The notes under the pieces were generated by a model. It was not told the DNA's origin. It was given only the letters and a program-made list of their open reading frames with translations, and did not search any database. From the NCBI GenBank assembly GCA_951406725.2, contig OX597816.1, forward strand, positions 90,024,001 to 90,088,000: a DNA stretch of 64,000 bases, given 5' to 3'. The stretch is from Octopus vulgaris. Taxonomy: Eukaryota. A program made the translations under genes and the position numbers. Positions 13,029 through 26,830 of the stretch are shown here, piece by piece; the stretch's first letter is position 1; every line of letters begins with the position of its first letter.

Positions 13029-14599
13029 GCTGGTTATTGACACAATTAGTGACAATTGAATTTTTCCTGTACACATACAGCAGTATTCTTTCAGTTTCTG
13101 TCTGTTAAATCTACTCTCAAGGATTTGGTTGGCCCAGAGCTAAAGTAGAAAACACTTGCCCAAGATACAATACAGAGGGACTGAACCTGACACCATATTG
13201 TTGAGAAGCAAGCTTCTTAACCATACAGCCATGCCTGTACCTATCATAAATTTCTAATTTGTATCAGACTTCATTTTTATAAATTTGATGTTATTTACTG
13301 AATTTTGTTGGATAGATCTTGACAGACATATAATTTGGTATTTGATTTAGAAAGCAGCCATGGTACATCGATGTCAATAAATTTAGTTTTCAATTAATAA
13401 ATATGTCATATAAACTTCAAGATTAATATCAATACAAACTACATCTTAAGAAAGCTAATTAAATATGCTTGTCTTATTATCATTGTTATTTTTTAAGAAT
13501 ACATTATGGCATCGTCATCGTGGACATTATTTTGACAGCCTGAAAGCAAAATGCTCTCTCTTGACTGAGATGTTAATATTTTAAACTTGTCTCTTTAACA
13601 AAAGGCCAAATGACTAAAAATGTTCTGATGACCTAACGATATACTGCTATTTTTGTTAACATTTAAGGTTTTTAGGTCAACAAATTTCTCAACTTCAGAC
13701 ACCCATCATTGTATTCAAATTAATAGCTTGTAATGTAAAGCATTTTTTATCTGTCTCACAGCATCTTAGGGTTGGTTTTGTAATCCCAGTAGTCTTTATT
13801 TTATTTGTTCTTAGGATTAGTATAAAAAATTCATTTTAATCTTCACGGTACAGTTCTTGCATTAAAAAAAAAATTAGAACAACTTTACAAATAACTTCCT
13901 CTGTCAGTCATTGAAGTGAATCAAGTTAAATTGAAATAGCCGTGTAGAAAGGTCAAGTTATTATATAGTATTCAAAACCTATTTTAGGTTTTTAACATAG
14001 GGAAGAGCCTAAGATGTCAGAATACTGAATTAATTTACATTTAATTTTGTCCAGATTAATGTTAAAATTTATCTTTTTACCTTTTATTATACGGCCAACA
14101 ATACCCACATTCAGCAGTTGGCTTTGTTCATAAGAGATTAAACATCTAAAACTTCAAGTAGTGTTCTGCATTGCATTTTCTGTATTTCATTGTAAAATAT
14201 TTGACATACAATGCAGTCAGATAAATGTTACATCACTGCATTGAATGACTAATATATTACTTTAACATATTAAAAATCAGATAAAATTGCCTTTACATTG
14301 CCCCATGTTATACAGATTTCACTCTCCCTATCACTCACTCATCTAGATATCTGTAAAAAGGTTTTACAACTTACTCTGGTTTGAATTCTCCCTTTCCCAT
14401 GCCTCCACATACATCTGCTGCCTTTACAGCTCTTTGAACTCCATCTATCAACAACTCTTTGATTAGTCACCAAAGAAACCTCTGAGATTACTCAAACTGT
14501 TACAAGTAACAGCAAAATCTCCATCAATTCACACCCTGCTGTCTTTAAAAAGGACATGAGATCCTGAGTTCCCAGCATGTAGGGAAAAAAACAGGATGG

Positions 14600-15890
14600 T
14601 TACATTGGAATTTCTTTGATCATAGCTCTAATCAGTAAAAAATTGACCTGTAACTAAACTCTGATCACATTTCTTCCTATATTGAGAACCTCTAGCTCGC
14701 TCCACTCCTCCCTGATAAGACTTCACTGTTCAAAACTCTTTTTGACTCATGCACTCATCCCACACTGATTTTGATGATACAGAAACCAAATATTTTACAA
14801 TCTTTATCGTTTTATACAATTAATTTCATTCCTGAATGACACAGATGCTCTAAACACCCTTGATTTATTTCTCATTTCCAAACCCACCCGCTACCAAACT
14901 ATTTCTGCACTTAGTGAATAATCCAGCCACTGCCACATTATAACTTCCCACCACATATCCACACACTAAACAATGCCCCTACCTTCTGGATACTTTGGAA
15001 CTTCATTTCAGCTGATTAGCCAAAGCTCAGCCAGTTCTATGCTAACTAGGCAAAGCAGAAACAACTAACTGGGAGACTGAAACTCTCATCTTAGGTATGT
15101 TCCTTCATATCCCAACCATACAACCTCAAATCCCACTAGTAGTTGACTTGTAGCTAGCAAAGAATATAGCTTGCACTATATGGGGGCAAAATCACCTACT
15201 CCTACAAACTGGGAGGCTTTTACACATCACTACATTCCAAACAACAAAAGATGATTTTATGCTTTGCACAACCTATTAGCTCTCACATCTTATAACATAA
15301 CAGCTGGTCCTTCTGGTCTCTGGCCAAAAGGATCTCTACCAACTTTGCTGTCTGTATCCTCCAATCTTCTGCTTCTCAACCATTGAGAAAGCCTTCACTT
15401 TTGTTGCCTAATTTGCATCCAACTCTATACACTACACAATACTCTTCAATCAACCAGCATCACCACTACATACACATACATACCAAGTGTGAAGGCAATT
15501 CCAGTTGTTTCAGACCAACAAGATCCCAGCCCTGACAGTGTCCTCTTACCATCAAATAATGCTTCTCAAAGCTAGCACCTAACCTCAAACCTCAACAATG
15601 TCCCTCTTCAGGACTCTATCCTATTGAAGGTTCCATTCTCAAGATGGACAATATCACTGGTCCTGTAAACTATCCTTCTACTCTCATTTCCAGCATCTCA
15701 AAGTGATGGAGACAGTTGTTAACTGTCTCCAACATTTTCATTCCCTCCCACTTTTTCAGTTGCTACCAGTACAGCTTAAAAAACCTGAACCACTGGACAC
15801 AACTCTTCTATGTCACTCAGCCTTGAGAAATTTAGTGAAAATACTGTTGTTGCACATAATATCAGCAATGTATTTGCCTGTGCCAGGTAT
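14600..15890 (+). mobile_element. Highly decayed non-LTR retrotransposon RT-region remnant
   Basis: Fragmentary motifs such as SKVMETVVN (ORF 15703) resemble the RT N-terminal SKxxExxxN motif; many stops; boundaries approximate. Confidence 0.4.
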
Positions 15891-16302
15891 GTAAATCTCA
15901 TAATCTGAAATTGCCTGAGAGTTGTAAGTGAGCATGTTGTTTATTTCCTGTCTTCCATAAAAATGTTTGGCCATGAGAAATATTACCCTGCTTGGAAACA
16001 GGTGAAGGTTGGTAACAGGAAAAGTATCCAGCCATAGAAATCTGCCTCAACATATTCTATTTGACACATACAAGCATAGAAAAGTGAATGTAAAATGTTG
16101 ATGATGAATATATGAAAGGTACTCAAACTGAATGGATGAATGGATGCAAGTGTATTAAAATTACTTATACGTCTGTTTCAAAATAAAACAATAAAAAGAG
16201 AAAGGAAAGTAGGAATGGATGTTAAAACAAAAGAAAAATGTAAAATAAAATGAAAATAATTCTGAAGTTAAATGAGGCATTTATTGAATGAACCTTGAAA
16301 TT

Positions 16303-16825
16303 TTATTTGTTTTGTTTATTATATTCAAGTTGAAGTTCTTGTAAATTTTGCTCCAACATTTCAACTTCATCAAATTTTTGGGCTTGTTTTGCTTGTTTAA
16401 TATATCCACGAATTATTTCTATCTGCTGCAACATGGGATCATTTGTATTCTGTGAATAAGAAGAAATCTCAGATGGCTTCCAGCCTTTACCAATGTTACC
16501 ATTAGTTTCAGTTCTGGAAGCTTCCTCTTGAGATGGAGAATGATGCTGTCGATGTTGAGAAAAACTGCTTGTTGATGAATCAGAAGACTTTTGTTGCTCT
16601 TGAGCTAACATGGCTTCTTTTCGTTCTAGTGCAAATTTTTGTTGCATCTCCACAGTATGAGAATTTTTCATCTTTTCATATTCTTCTTGAGATGGAAGTT
16701 GTTGAATTCCACTCAAGTTCTCTTTCAAAAAGTTACTAGAAAAAGTACGTATTGCTCTTTGCAAGTATAGTTGTCTTAGAGGTGGAGATGTTTCATTGTT
16801 TACACCCAGTGTCAAAATCTTTTTA
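16303..16825 (-). CDS. RBSN: Rabenosyn-5 terminal coding exon (coiled coil + Rab-binding helical hairpin)
   Basis: TTTTACAG acceptor; SKKILTLG...DPMLQQIEIIRGYIKQAKQAQKFDEVEMLEQNLQELQ matches the Rbsn Rab-binding motif; TAA at 16303-16305. Confidence 0.92.
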
Positions 16826-18029
16826 CTGTAAAAATAAAAAGAAATAGTTTGTAATTTCAACAATAAATTTTATACAGTTTAATTCCAATAACAAGGGTTT
16901 CGATTATATACAATTATAAGAAATTAAAGTGTGTATGTCTCTGAACAGAAAATCATTTTATACATAGTAATATTCTAAATTTAAGACAATTACATTTAGA
17001 ATAATATTTTACAAGTCAACTGGGTAAGTAAAGAATAATAAGAGATCTTTATTGATGAGAACCTAACCCATTAGCATTTAAACTAACCATATCTGGTGTA
17101 TGACCTGATTTGGCCTCTTACACGTGCTCTACAATTTCATTCTAAAAATAAACAATCACATAATTTAAATCTCAAAGCTACAAGATAATGCAAGATAAAA
17201 TTTCTGTCTAAATACAATTGTAAATACTGTGAAATTTTCAAGTGTGTGAGTTTTTTTCTCAATATTTGAAGTGGTGATTGATATTTTTGTAATTACCAAT
17301 ATGCCTTCAGCATATAATGAATCCAATGTGGGGGGGAATTACACTTGAAGACTTAGAAATTGTTGAAGAAAAAACTGAAAATAACAGTGACTTGATTTTA
17401 GATGAATCAGATATAGATGTTTCTGAATTTTTGTCTGACGAGCAAGGGTATTTTTGATAGCCAAAGTGAAAAAAATCTTCAGAATTCCATGCAAAATATC
17501 AGGATAAAAGTCAAACAATTTAACATTAATTCACAACCCTGATTTTATTGAAAAATATATAATTGTGAATCATTGGTATTTTTACACCTGCTGGAAAAAT
17601 TTCAAGTCTACACATAAAATTTAATGTGAATAAATAACCATTACATTTGACACAGTAATTATATTATTTTCTCTAATTTATTCTTCTGTAATAAAAGAGG
17701 GCATATTCCATTTACATCATTTTTTGTTTTTAGAATATTTTCAAATCTTTAATTTTTTTCCATATATACCCAGCCTTTTTATTTTGAGTGCAGCCAGGTA
17801 ATAGTATGCAGAAGGCAAAAAACTGAGTGTGCTTCCACCATTCATAAGTTTGAAACAGTTGTGACACACCACTATTGGCTACCTCTCTAGACATTCTAAT
17901 ACAAGACTACTCATACTAGACACTGAGTTATAAACAAACTGTACATGTGTCACTCATGATAGAGAAACTATAACTAGTCCACTAGTAATCATACACAAAC
18001 TGTAAAAGAAATAAGCAAAATTATCTTAC

Positions 18030-18116
18030 CTTATTATATCAATATATTCATACAGTTTTAATAGTTGACAACGCAACTGATTTGCTTCATTTAGGCTGTA
18101 AGTCGATTCACCATTA
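18030..18116 (-). CDS. RBSN: Rabenosyn-5 coding exon 7
   Basis: AG/GTAAG borders, 87 nt phase 2/2; NGESTYSLNEANQLRCQLLKLYEYIDII. Confidence 0.88.
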
Positions 18117-18224
18117 CTGAAAAATAAAATATATTTTCAAAATATACATATGTATATATACACATCATTAAAATGTTTAAATTTTCAAACTTTTTAATTT
18201 TACAATAGTGACAAGTCTATTTAC

Positions 18225-18295
18225 CTTAAAGATTCAACCATTGGTAAAAATCTGGGAAGTTGTTGTTCTGCTTCTTCGATACAAGTTCTTAATTT
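18225..18295 (-). CDS. RBSN: Rabenosyn-5 coding exon 6
   Basis: 71 nt phase 0/2; KLRTCIEEAEQQLPRFLPMVESL. Confidence 0.88.
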
Positions 18296-19908
18296 CTGTT
18301 ATGGAAAAATAGGAGATAAAAGGATTGTCACTAAAAAATATATGAACTGAAATTGAGATGAATAAATAGCAACAAAACCCCTCAATAAATAAAAAGGTTC
18401 CATTAATATTAATTGTAACACTTACTGAATGAACAAAACCTTAATATAATGCATCCTAATATTGCACAAGTGTAACACACAAAGAAAAAATTCTTATTGC
18501 CAGGTTGTCTGTGAATTTCCTACTTAAATTTGAATTTCCTTATAAGGAACTATTTTGTTGCAAAAGGAAACAATCAGTTGGTTACACATGACTTACTTTT
18601 GTATTCTGGAGTGTCTGCTCATATGAAATTATACTACTTGTGTATAATATCTTGAAGTATCATATTTTTAAAAATTCTGACTTTTGCTATCTTGTCATGT
18701 CATGTCAGCACAAAGCAATAATCATGAGATACTAATGATTATAAAAATATCTAAGCAGAAAAGTGAAGTGTTGTTGCAGAATCATTAGGGATCTGCATTG
18801 TTAACTTTAAAATAAAATTTAAAAAATAAAAAAACAAAAGATGCAAACTTCAAGTGAGCATAACACTTCTGAAGTAACATAAACGCACAGTGAAATTATG
18901 AAAAAATGGAGTAATATATTAAGTGTTTCAATGCATAAGTCACAGTGTTTGCTTTCCACTCATAAGCCAATAAGAAATAAAGCATCAAATTTATGTAATC
19001 AGTTGACTTGTGAAGGAGTTGAAAAGCTCAAAAGATAATCTAATCTAGCATTTGGATAACAGGGGGATTGGCAAGTATTGACATGAGACTACATCACAAT
19101 TTCCATTATAAATGAAGAAAGAGTTAAATGTTCATTAAATCTAGTTTTTCAAATTAACAAATATGGACTATTTTAGAAGTGCTTACCCTCTAAAACCTAT
19201 CTCAAAAGCAGAAAAAGAAAACACCTGGGTATTAAGTAGAAAAAAGTTGGTTACACAGGTTTTTTTTCTTTTCTTTTTATGAAAACCTTAAAGAGTTATC
19301 AGAACAACAAATATCAAATTCAAGAAGTGAAGACAACCCTCTACAACCAGTTTTAATAACAGAATTCTTATCTAAAAACATTAATGAAGTAACCTGTGCC
19401 TCAGAGTATCTTTCAGAAAATAAACTAAATTTCAAACAAAGCATGAAAATTAAATGAAGCCAATTTTTTTATAAAACAAAAATTTAACAGACCAGTGGCA
19501 CTATATTTTTTGCATAAACTGTGTACATTTTTGATTGAATTACATATAATTTTGTTCAAAGGACTTTTTCATTTATATGGAGGTATTGTAGATCTACTAT
19601 ATTTAAATAAGGATATATTTCTTTCAATAATTAAAAGAATATATCTGCATAAAAAATTGTTTTGCTTTATATATTAGCAACAGAGGCAGTCTTAATACTT
19701 AGAGGTAATATTTATCCCTACTTAAACACAGTTAAACATGTTTTACCTTACTCTGATAAAGTTTCTAATAGCAAAGTAAAAACGGCAAGACAATTTAACT
19801 GAGGCATTGGTATGATGGATTACATTAGTTACAGAAGATATTTGTGCAAACATTTTTAAGGGTGATATGCAAATATTTTAAACATTGTTAATTTTAATAA
19901 AATATTAC

Positions 19909-20114
19909 TTCATATAGCTGGACAATGACAGGTTTTAAATTTCTTTGTTCAACCAGGCTATCACGTCTTTCAAGAAGCCGTCGACAGTCAAGACAAGTAC
20001 GAATATGTTGTTCACCCTCAGCACTAAACATGGAGTTGAGACTTGTATCACTTCCGGAACGTTTTAAAAATCCACTTTCTTTTTGGAAGTTAAAAGCTGG
20101 ATCTGTTAATTTTT
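19909..20114 (-). CDS. RBSN: Rabenosyn-5 coding exon 5 (end of split FYVE finger)
   Basis: 206 nt phase 1/0; KLTDPAF...RSGSDTSLNS...HIRTCLDCRRLLERRD...IVQLYE. Confidence 0.9.
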
Positions 20115-20471
20115 CTGTAAAGTGAAAATGATTTAAATATTCATGAAAGACAAAGAAACAAACTGAACAATTAAAATCATATTTGAATTACAAGAAATAT
20201 TTTAAAATATATTTAAAAAGAAAATATTTTTCTTTTAAAACCCTTTTTCTTAAATGTAACAAAATTGAATGATTTATAGACATAAGTTGCAGCTAATTTC
20301 AATTGTTTCTAAAATGCTTAGAATCTGTGGATTATATACACAATTAATCTTAAATTTATGATGATGAAATAGTCATTAACAAATTTAACATCAATATTCA
20401 CATGTGCATGCATTTATACATACACATAAGTATGTATATATTATTAAAAAACACTACAAATGAGAACTTAC

Positions 20472-20633
20472 TGGCAAATGAAAATGACATAAAATGAGAG
20501 CATCTATCACAGACAATTCCTCCACATAATCGACAATGGTGTCGTCTGCGGGTGACAATAAATGTTCTAGCACAAGAAGGACACATGGGCACATCTGCAT
20601 CATTTACCCAAGGAACCACAGTTTTTTCAAATA
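20472..20633 (-). CDS. RBSN: Rabenosyn-5 coding exon 4 (FYVE domain)
   Basis: 162 nt phase 1/1; VVPWVNDADVPMCPSCARTFIVTRRRHHCRLCGGIVCDRCS contains the WxxD and RRHHCR FYVE motifs. Confidence 0.95.
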
Positions 20634-21119
20634 CTGCAAAAAATATAGAGTTTACATATTTCAGTATTTAACACCTAAGTAGTAAATTAATAAAAACTAA
20701 TAGCTAAATATTTACATTGAAACAGTTCCCAAAATATCAAAAATATCTATGATAGCAACACACTTATAACAATCATCATCATTTAACGTCCATTTTCCAT
20801 GCTGGCATGGGTTGGATGGATATGTTTGTATATACACACATGTACTCATACAAGCATTTCTCCCTCCTCTATTGCCTTCTCCTTCCAAGCACTATTTGGT
20901 TCATCATACTCTTGCTTTTTCTCTGTAGCACTCTGCATACTTTCTTCTATGCACCCTCTTAGTCATGGTACCTAGGAACAGAAGCAGTGTAGGATAGTGA
21001 AAGTTGTGCAGTCTTTAATGTCCAGATGATTATAATGTTTAACTCTTCAGCCACTATATTCTAACACATGCATGTGTGTATACATGAGCATTCCCTTGTC
21101 TTGACATATGATTCTGATT

Positions 21120-21554
21120 GGTAATATTTACCCCAACTTAAACGTGGATGTTCTGTTAGAACAAACTATACAGCAGTAGATACCATGAGAGAAACTCTCA
21201 TATTGGCTTTTGGTGCAAAATGCACTCATGTTTACACCGATAGCAGGGAGATAAATCCCCAGCACCTCCAGCACCAAGACCATATATATCTATATATTGC
21301 TGGCAGGGAGATGAATCATTGCTATCTCTAACAGTTGAGTATACATCATTGTTGAAGACCAAGGAAGGTCAAAATTACATGATCTGGTGATCTCGGTGCT
21401 GGAGGTAGCAGGGAGTTACCACCCAACAAGTGATGTAAAAAAAATGAGTGCATTTTGCACCAAAAATTAATATGAGGGTTTCTCTCATGGTAACTATCGC
21501 AGTATAGTTTGTTCCAATAGAACATCCACATTTTAAGTGAGAATAAATATTACC
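21120..21554. mobile_element. MITE-like element with long (about 160-bp) imperfect terminal inverted repeats, in an RBSN intron
   Basis: GGTAATATTTA...GGTGCAAAATGCACTCAT...ACCTCCAGCACC mirrored by GGTGCTGGAGGT...ATGAGTGCATTTTGCACC...TAAATATTACC. Confidence 0.8.
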
Positions 21555-21984
21555 GCTCGCTATCTGTCACGAATATATATTTTTTAGCAATTCTGATTGT
21601 AAACAAAAAAAAAAACAATTACCATTCATACAAATGGTGTCATCTGTTTACAAGTCTTTGTGAGAGCATGTCCAGATGAGAAGAAATAGTGTTTCATTTA
21701 AATTCTAAAATAATTGTGAATTTGAGATTGGCTTCATGAAACTATAGCTTTTTCTTTTAATTTATAAATTTAATAAAAGTGGTGTTTTTGCATGAGTTTA
21801 TAATGGAAATTTTATCTCCAATCTACTGTAATCATACATAAAGTCAGTGAAATCATGTTACCACTAGCTTCTGTATTTTTATTTAGCTATGAATAAGTAA
21901 ATCTGAGTTATTTTGAGAATTTCATACCATATGGCCATAGGTGATTTGGGGCATTTTGGTAATATGCACCTTCAAACATCTGCT

Positions 21985-22200
21985 TAAACCATTCGTTACT
22001 ATATTTTTGCTGAAATACACTACCTATATTTCAATTAATTTTTACAATGAAGAATTTAGTAATCATCATAATTAAGCTGGTGTTTTGAACATAAATTAAC
22101 AAGTACTTCTGATGGAAGGCTTTAATTAAGATCACTTTAAAACACAAAGTTTGTATCATAGAACCCGGGGCAGCGTCAGGGTTGGTATCAAAAGGGTTAA
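21985..22200. mobile_element. Short TTAA-flanked non-autonomous element (piggyBac-like MITE)
   Basis: TTAAACCATTCGTTAC ... GTATCAAAAGGGTTAA imperfect TIR; similar architecture at about 17064-17660 and 61317-61543. Confidence 0.45.
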
Positions 22201-22533
22201 AGGCTTCGTTATGATAATGTTTGATCCTATAGAATACTTTTAAATGATCCTGGGCTTGCCAAAGCCTAAATGTAAACAATATTTTCTATATGGTTCACAT
22301 GAGGTGGAATAGTCCTGAACAATTCTTTATGAAAGAACATTAGTTTGTAAGGATCTGATTCTTTGTCATCTCAATATTTGCCTAAGCATCAAAGAAAATA
22401 TTCCTCAAATCTAATTCATCAATGTGGAAAATGTAAAACAGAATATACAAAAAAAAAAGAAAAAAAATACATTTATTACTATGCAAGAAAAAAAACTGAA
22501 ACAACTTTAAAAGAAAAATGGAATAGAAATTAC

Positions 22534-22677
22534 CTTTTCGCTTATTTGGGTCAGTAGGTGCCTCAGGACTTATTAGTTTATCAAGCCTAATAAGTAACTT
22601 GTTAGTTTCTATCACAAATCTGTCCACTCGGGCATCTCGAATTGCTTTGAAGGTTTCAGTGTGACTTCGAGAAATTC
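22534..22677 (-). CDS. RBSN: Rabenosyn-5 coding exon 3
   Basis: 144 nt phase 1/1; ISRSHTETFKAIRDARVDRFVIETNKLLIRLDKL is a hallmark Rabenosyn segment. Confidence 0.93.
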
Positions 22678-23329
22678 CTACAAGTATTTTTATTTATATA
22701 AATATCAGCAACAACCACATGAAATATGTTCACTCTTTCTTTTTGTCTCTCCCTTCCTTAGTCAGAACTACACTGACATTTAGAAGTAACGGTGAAATTT
22801 TCAAATGTAGAACGTTAACATACTTTTTCAAATTTCGTAATTATTTATTTGATCATACAATACAATAATTTATTGTTTTGAGACATTTAAATAAATTGTA
22901 GTAATGAATGCATATTCATTTCACATTAACTTTTAGGAATACATATGTACATAATAACAGAATTGCATATTATGACTCTACATATCGTTCATCCCTCTTA
23001 TGTCATACCACTATCATTCATGCATCTATCTATCTTTCATGCATCTCACTCAGTAAAGAGATTGGTGAGTGAGCAAATGTGGATTCAAGAAATATCTTTT
23101 AGTCATGCCAAGGACATAGCTATCTCTGTAGTGTATGTGCAAGAAAAAATGCACCCAGTAAACTCTGTAAAGTAGCTGGTGCTAGGAAGGGCATCCAGCC
23201 ACAGAAGCCAAGCCAAAAATGTAACTTATGAGCATGGTGTGGTCCACCAACTTGTCTATGTGAGCACTCCTCCTGAATATGTACTGATTTGACTGTTGCA
23301 ACCTGTCCAACCCCTTATGAGCACTCTGT

Positions 23330-23645
23330 CAGTTACAATATTAAAGGTTCCAGTTGATGCGATCAATAGAACAGCCTGCTTGTGAAATTAACATGCAAGT
23401 GGTTGAGCACTCCACAGACACGTGTATGCTTGACATAGTTCACAAGGAGATTCAGCTCAACACAGAATGTGACAAGGCTGGCCCTTTGAATTCAGGTACA
23501 ACTCATTTTTGCCAGCTGAGTGGACTGGAGCAACATGAAATAAAGTGTCTTGCTTCAAGGATATGACTCGCCACCAGGAGTCAAACTCACAACCTTACAA
23601 TCATTAGCCAATTACCCTAACCACTAAGTCATGTGCCTTCACATA
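23330..23645 (-). mobile_element. tRNA-derived SINE (third family) inserted into an RTE 3' fragment
   Basis: Minus-strand head TGACTTAGTGGTTAGGG...GAGTTTGACTCC, core CAAGACACTTTATTTCATGTTGCTCCAGTCCACTCAGCTGG; flanked by RTE-tail sequence at 23150-23310 and 23650-23690. Confidence 0.6.
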
Positions 23646-24069
23646 CTAACACAGAAAGTGGACATGAAATGATGATGATGATGGTGATAGTGATATATAT
23701 GTATATATCTGTTATGCACAATGAAGGCTATATTAAATTAAAATAGCCACCTATGTATCATAATGTATATACATTGTTGATGTACATATCCTGAGATAAT
23801 ATCACTTATGGAAGAGCTATGTCAAAAACACAATAAATATTGAAGGGAGACAAAAACAAAAATGCCTCAGTAGTGGCCAGTGAGAATACCAGATGCATTT
23901 TGGCCTTTTCAATATGAACTTGCAGCCAACCTGGATGAGAATTTATCATTTTCAGTGGCCATACATACATATCAACATATTTACTTTAGATAAATGTAAA
24001 TTTCTTTATGGTAAATAATTCCCAGGAAATATGAAATATGATTGATAGAGGATTTAAAATTTAACTCAC

Positions 24070-24210
24070 CAACTTCCTGAGGCTCCCAGAAAAAAGGATA
24101 AAGTCCAGGTATGAGCGCATTTGTACTTGATTGTTCTCTGTCATCAAAAGAATCTTCTTTTTCCCCAAGCATATCACCCAACAGTCGTTTTTTGGCCTTT
24201 TCAAATAAGC
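24070..24210 (-). CDS. RBSN: Rabenosyn-5 coding exon 2
   Basis: 141 nt phase 1/1; LFEKAKKRLL...PFFWEPQEV; G|GTGAG donor. Confidence 0.9.
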
Positions 24211-24497
24211 CTAACACAGAATGAAAGAACTAGCATTAAAGTAAGTAAATATAATTATTTAATTAATGCTTGAATAGAGTACATTTCCATTGCAAAATTT
24301 CATAGTAAGATCAATTGATGGGGGCCACAGATGAAAGATCTTACCTATTTACTTTAAATTATCAAATATTCTTAATCACTTAAAACCCAAGAAATTATAT
24401 ATGATTCTTCTAGTTGCCAAAGATGGACAAATAATATATGACAAATAATATATATATGACAGTGTAAAAGATTTACTTCAAATATGAAGTACCTTAC

Positions 24498-24633
24498 CTT
24501 TGAGTTGCTGCGAAACAGCTTTCTCTTCAGTTGTGTGTGCATCTTCAAAATGTGTTTGCAATTGTGTTACAGAAGAATAGTCTTTTAAACAGATGGGACA
24601 AATGAACCCTTCTCGAATATCAGTGCTTGTCAT
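24498..24633 (-). CDS. RBSN: Rabenosyn-5 first coding exon (N-terminal C2H2 zinc finger)
   Basis: ATG at 24633; MTSTDIREGFICPICLKDYSSVTQLQTHFEDAH; an acceptor at 24646-24647 implies an upstream non-coding exon. Confidence 0.93.
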
Positions 24634-26279
24634 CTTCAAAAATATCTAAATTAAGTAAAAAAAAAATATGTGCATATAAATCTGGCAGAACAAACGATAT
24701 TAATTTTAAAGTCAAATTTTGTGCAACCCTGGATGAGAATTTGCACCTTCCTTTTTCAGGTAGGTAAGTGCAGCCCACCCCAACCTTTGAGCTGGCTTGT
24801 GCTCATTCTCCTTTGTTATTATCATTAGGCTTTTTTGTAACTGGATTTTCTACAGGGAGCATGCTCTTACTTACCCCAACCTCAGTTTCTAGACATGAGT
24901 GGTCCCGAGACCAAAGCTTCTACCATAATTTTTAAGAAATCTGGTGGAAAACTAGCTCAGGAAGGCAGGAATGCTACTCTCTGAGACCCCTTTCAGAGCC
25001 CCACCACCATTATTTCTCTATACAATATTCCCTAAACAGGAAATTTTGACAGTCAAACAGTGTCTGTGTAGTTAACATTTTTGTGAATGTAACATTTTCA
25101 TAGAACAGGTAAAAATCACTGTCTTCCACACATACAGGCTTGTCCTTTCAAGTGCTGGTACCACTTAAAAAGCACTCGTGTTGGTGCTGCATTGATGCAC
25201 CTGTGCCAGTGCTGCATAGATGCACCCATACTGGTGGTACGTAAAAACTACCCAGTATACTTTGTTAAGTGGTTTGAATTAAGAAGGGCATCAAGCCATA
25301 GAAATCATGCCACCACAGACAGCTGAAGTCTGGACAGATCCCTGCTAGCCAACTCCATGTTAAACAATCCAACCTATGTCAGCATGGAAAGCAGATGTTA
25401 AATGATGATGGTGAAGATGCTTATGATATCTTGATTCAGTAAATTGATTTAGCTAACAAAAATGGGTAAATGTGTATCAGATGACTGCAGATTGATACAG
25501 GGGATGAGCAAAGTACATTCCTGATTCAGCACCAGTAATTGGTTATGAGCTTTTACGAAAGTTACAGTAACAGATTTCTTGAAAATGCTATAAGAAATTA
25601 ATAATTTAACTATCTTTTTGAAATGACAGAAAGCATGGAGTGAGAGAACAAAAAAGAAAAACATATGTATGATGAAATAAGATATGAGAGTGAGCAAATG
25701 TCTGAAGTTATGAAGAAAAAGAATAAGAATAAAGAAAGGGAGAGGGGGAAGAGTGGGGAAAAATTCAGTTAGAGTGAAGCTGACTAGGAGAAGGTCTTTG
25801 TAAATATAAGGCTGGGGCCATTGTAAATAAATATATATATTGTAGCATACATGTATCTACATTTAAACAGACTCAAAGAAAATAAAAGGGAAGAACTGTA
25901 AAGGTAAAATTGTCAGAAGAGGAAGAAAAATTTAGGAGTGGTAGTAAGGTGAATTTGTTAGAAGGAAGAGAGATGGGAGATAAAGTTTCTGGTCAATAGG
26001 GGAACACAGTAGTTCTTAACAGTAAAACTATATGTATGCATATTCACACACATGCACATATTTTCTCTGCACGCCTGTAGTATCTTATTGGTGTGCATGC
26101 ATGCATACACACCTGTATATTCTCATGTGCAGAGAAGATGTAGGGAGATTAAGAAGTTAAGAAAAAAATATATAAAGGTAGTTTAAAAAGTTGTGTTATA
26201 AATACATAGAAGAGCTACAAATGGAGGGGGGACAGAATAATCGGTGGGGTCGCACGCTATTATTTATACTTTGAGAAAG

Positions 26280-26830
26280 TGTTACATAATCTGTGTTCAC
26301 AATTAAAAATTAGATGGTTTTATTCATTCAGAAAATTGGTGGATTGCATAACAGAAAAGACTTCTGCAATGCAGAGATCGCATTTGTTGTTATAACCATT
26401 AAACAGTTTGGCATGGGTAACTATGGACCCTTTTGAATTACATGGAATTGAGTTTTGTTTTAGGTTATGAATTAGCCAAGATAAAGAAGTGCTGTTAGTT
26501 ATTGCTTGGGAATTGAAGCTAGAATAGTGGTTACCTACTCTAACCTTGCAGATCTATACATAATTGGAATTCTCAGTTGATATCATGCATTTCTATACAA
26601 TATTTTTTGTGGAGCATCTATTATCTAAAAGACAGGAGGTGGGGCATCTACAGCTGCATAGGATTTTAGAAGGTGCCAAAGTGGAATTTACGGGATTATG
26701 ATTATTTAGGGTTAAACAGGTGCTATATTCATTATCTGCTGCAGTGTTAGGATGAGTATTTTTTAGTGTGGTGAGGGAGTCATCTGGGGGATGTAGCTTA
26801 TAATAGTTCTTATATCTTATGATATTATTC
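26280..26830 (-). mobile_element. Penelope-like element remnant (GIY-YIG endonuclease region)
   Basis: Decayed CSCRCPTSCLLDNRCSTKNIV..CMI...STSLSWLIHNLK...NKCDLCIAE pattern typical of a PLE Cys linker plus GIY-YIG. Confidence 0.65.
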
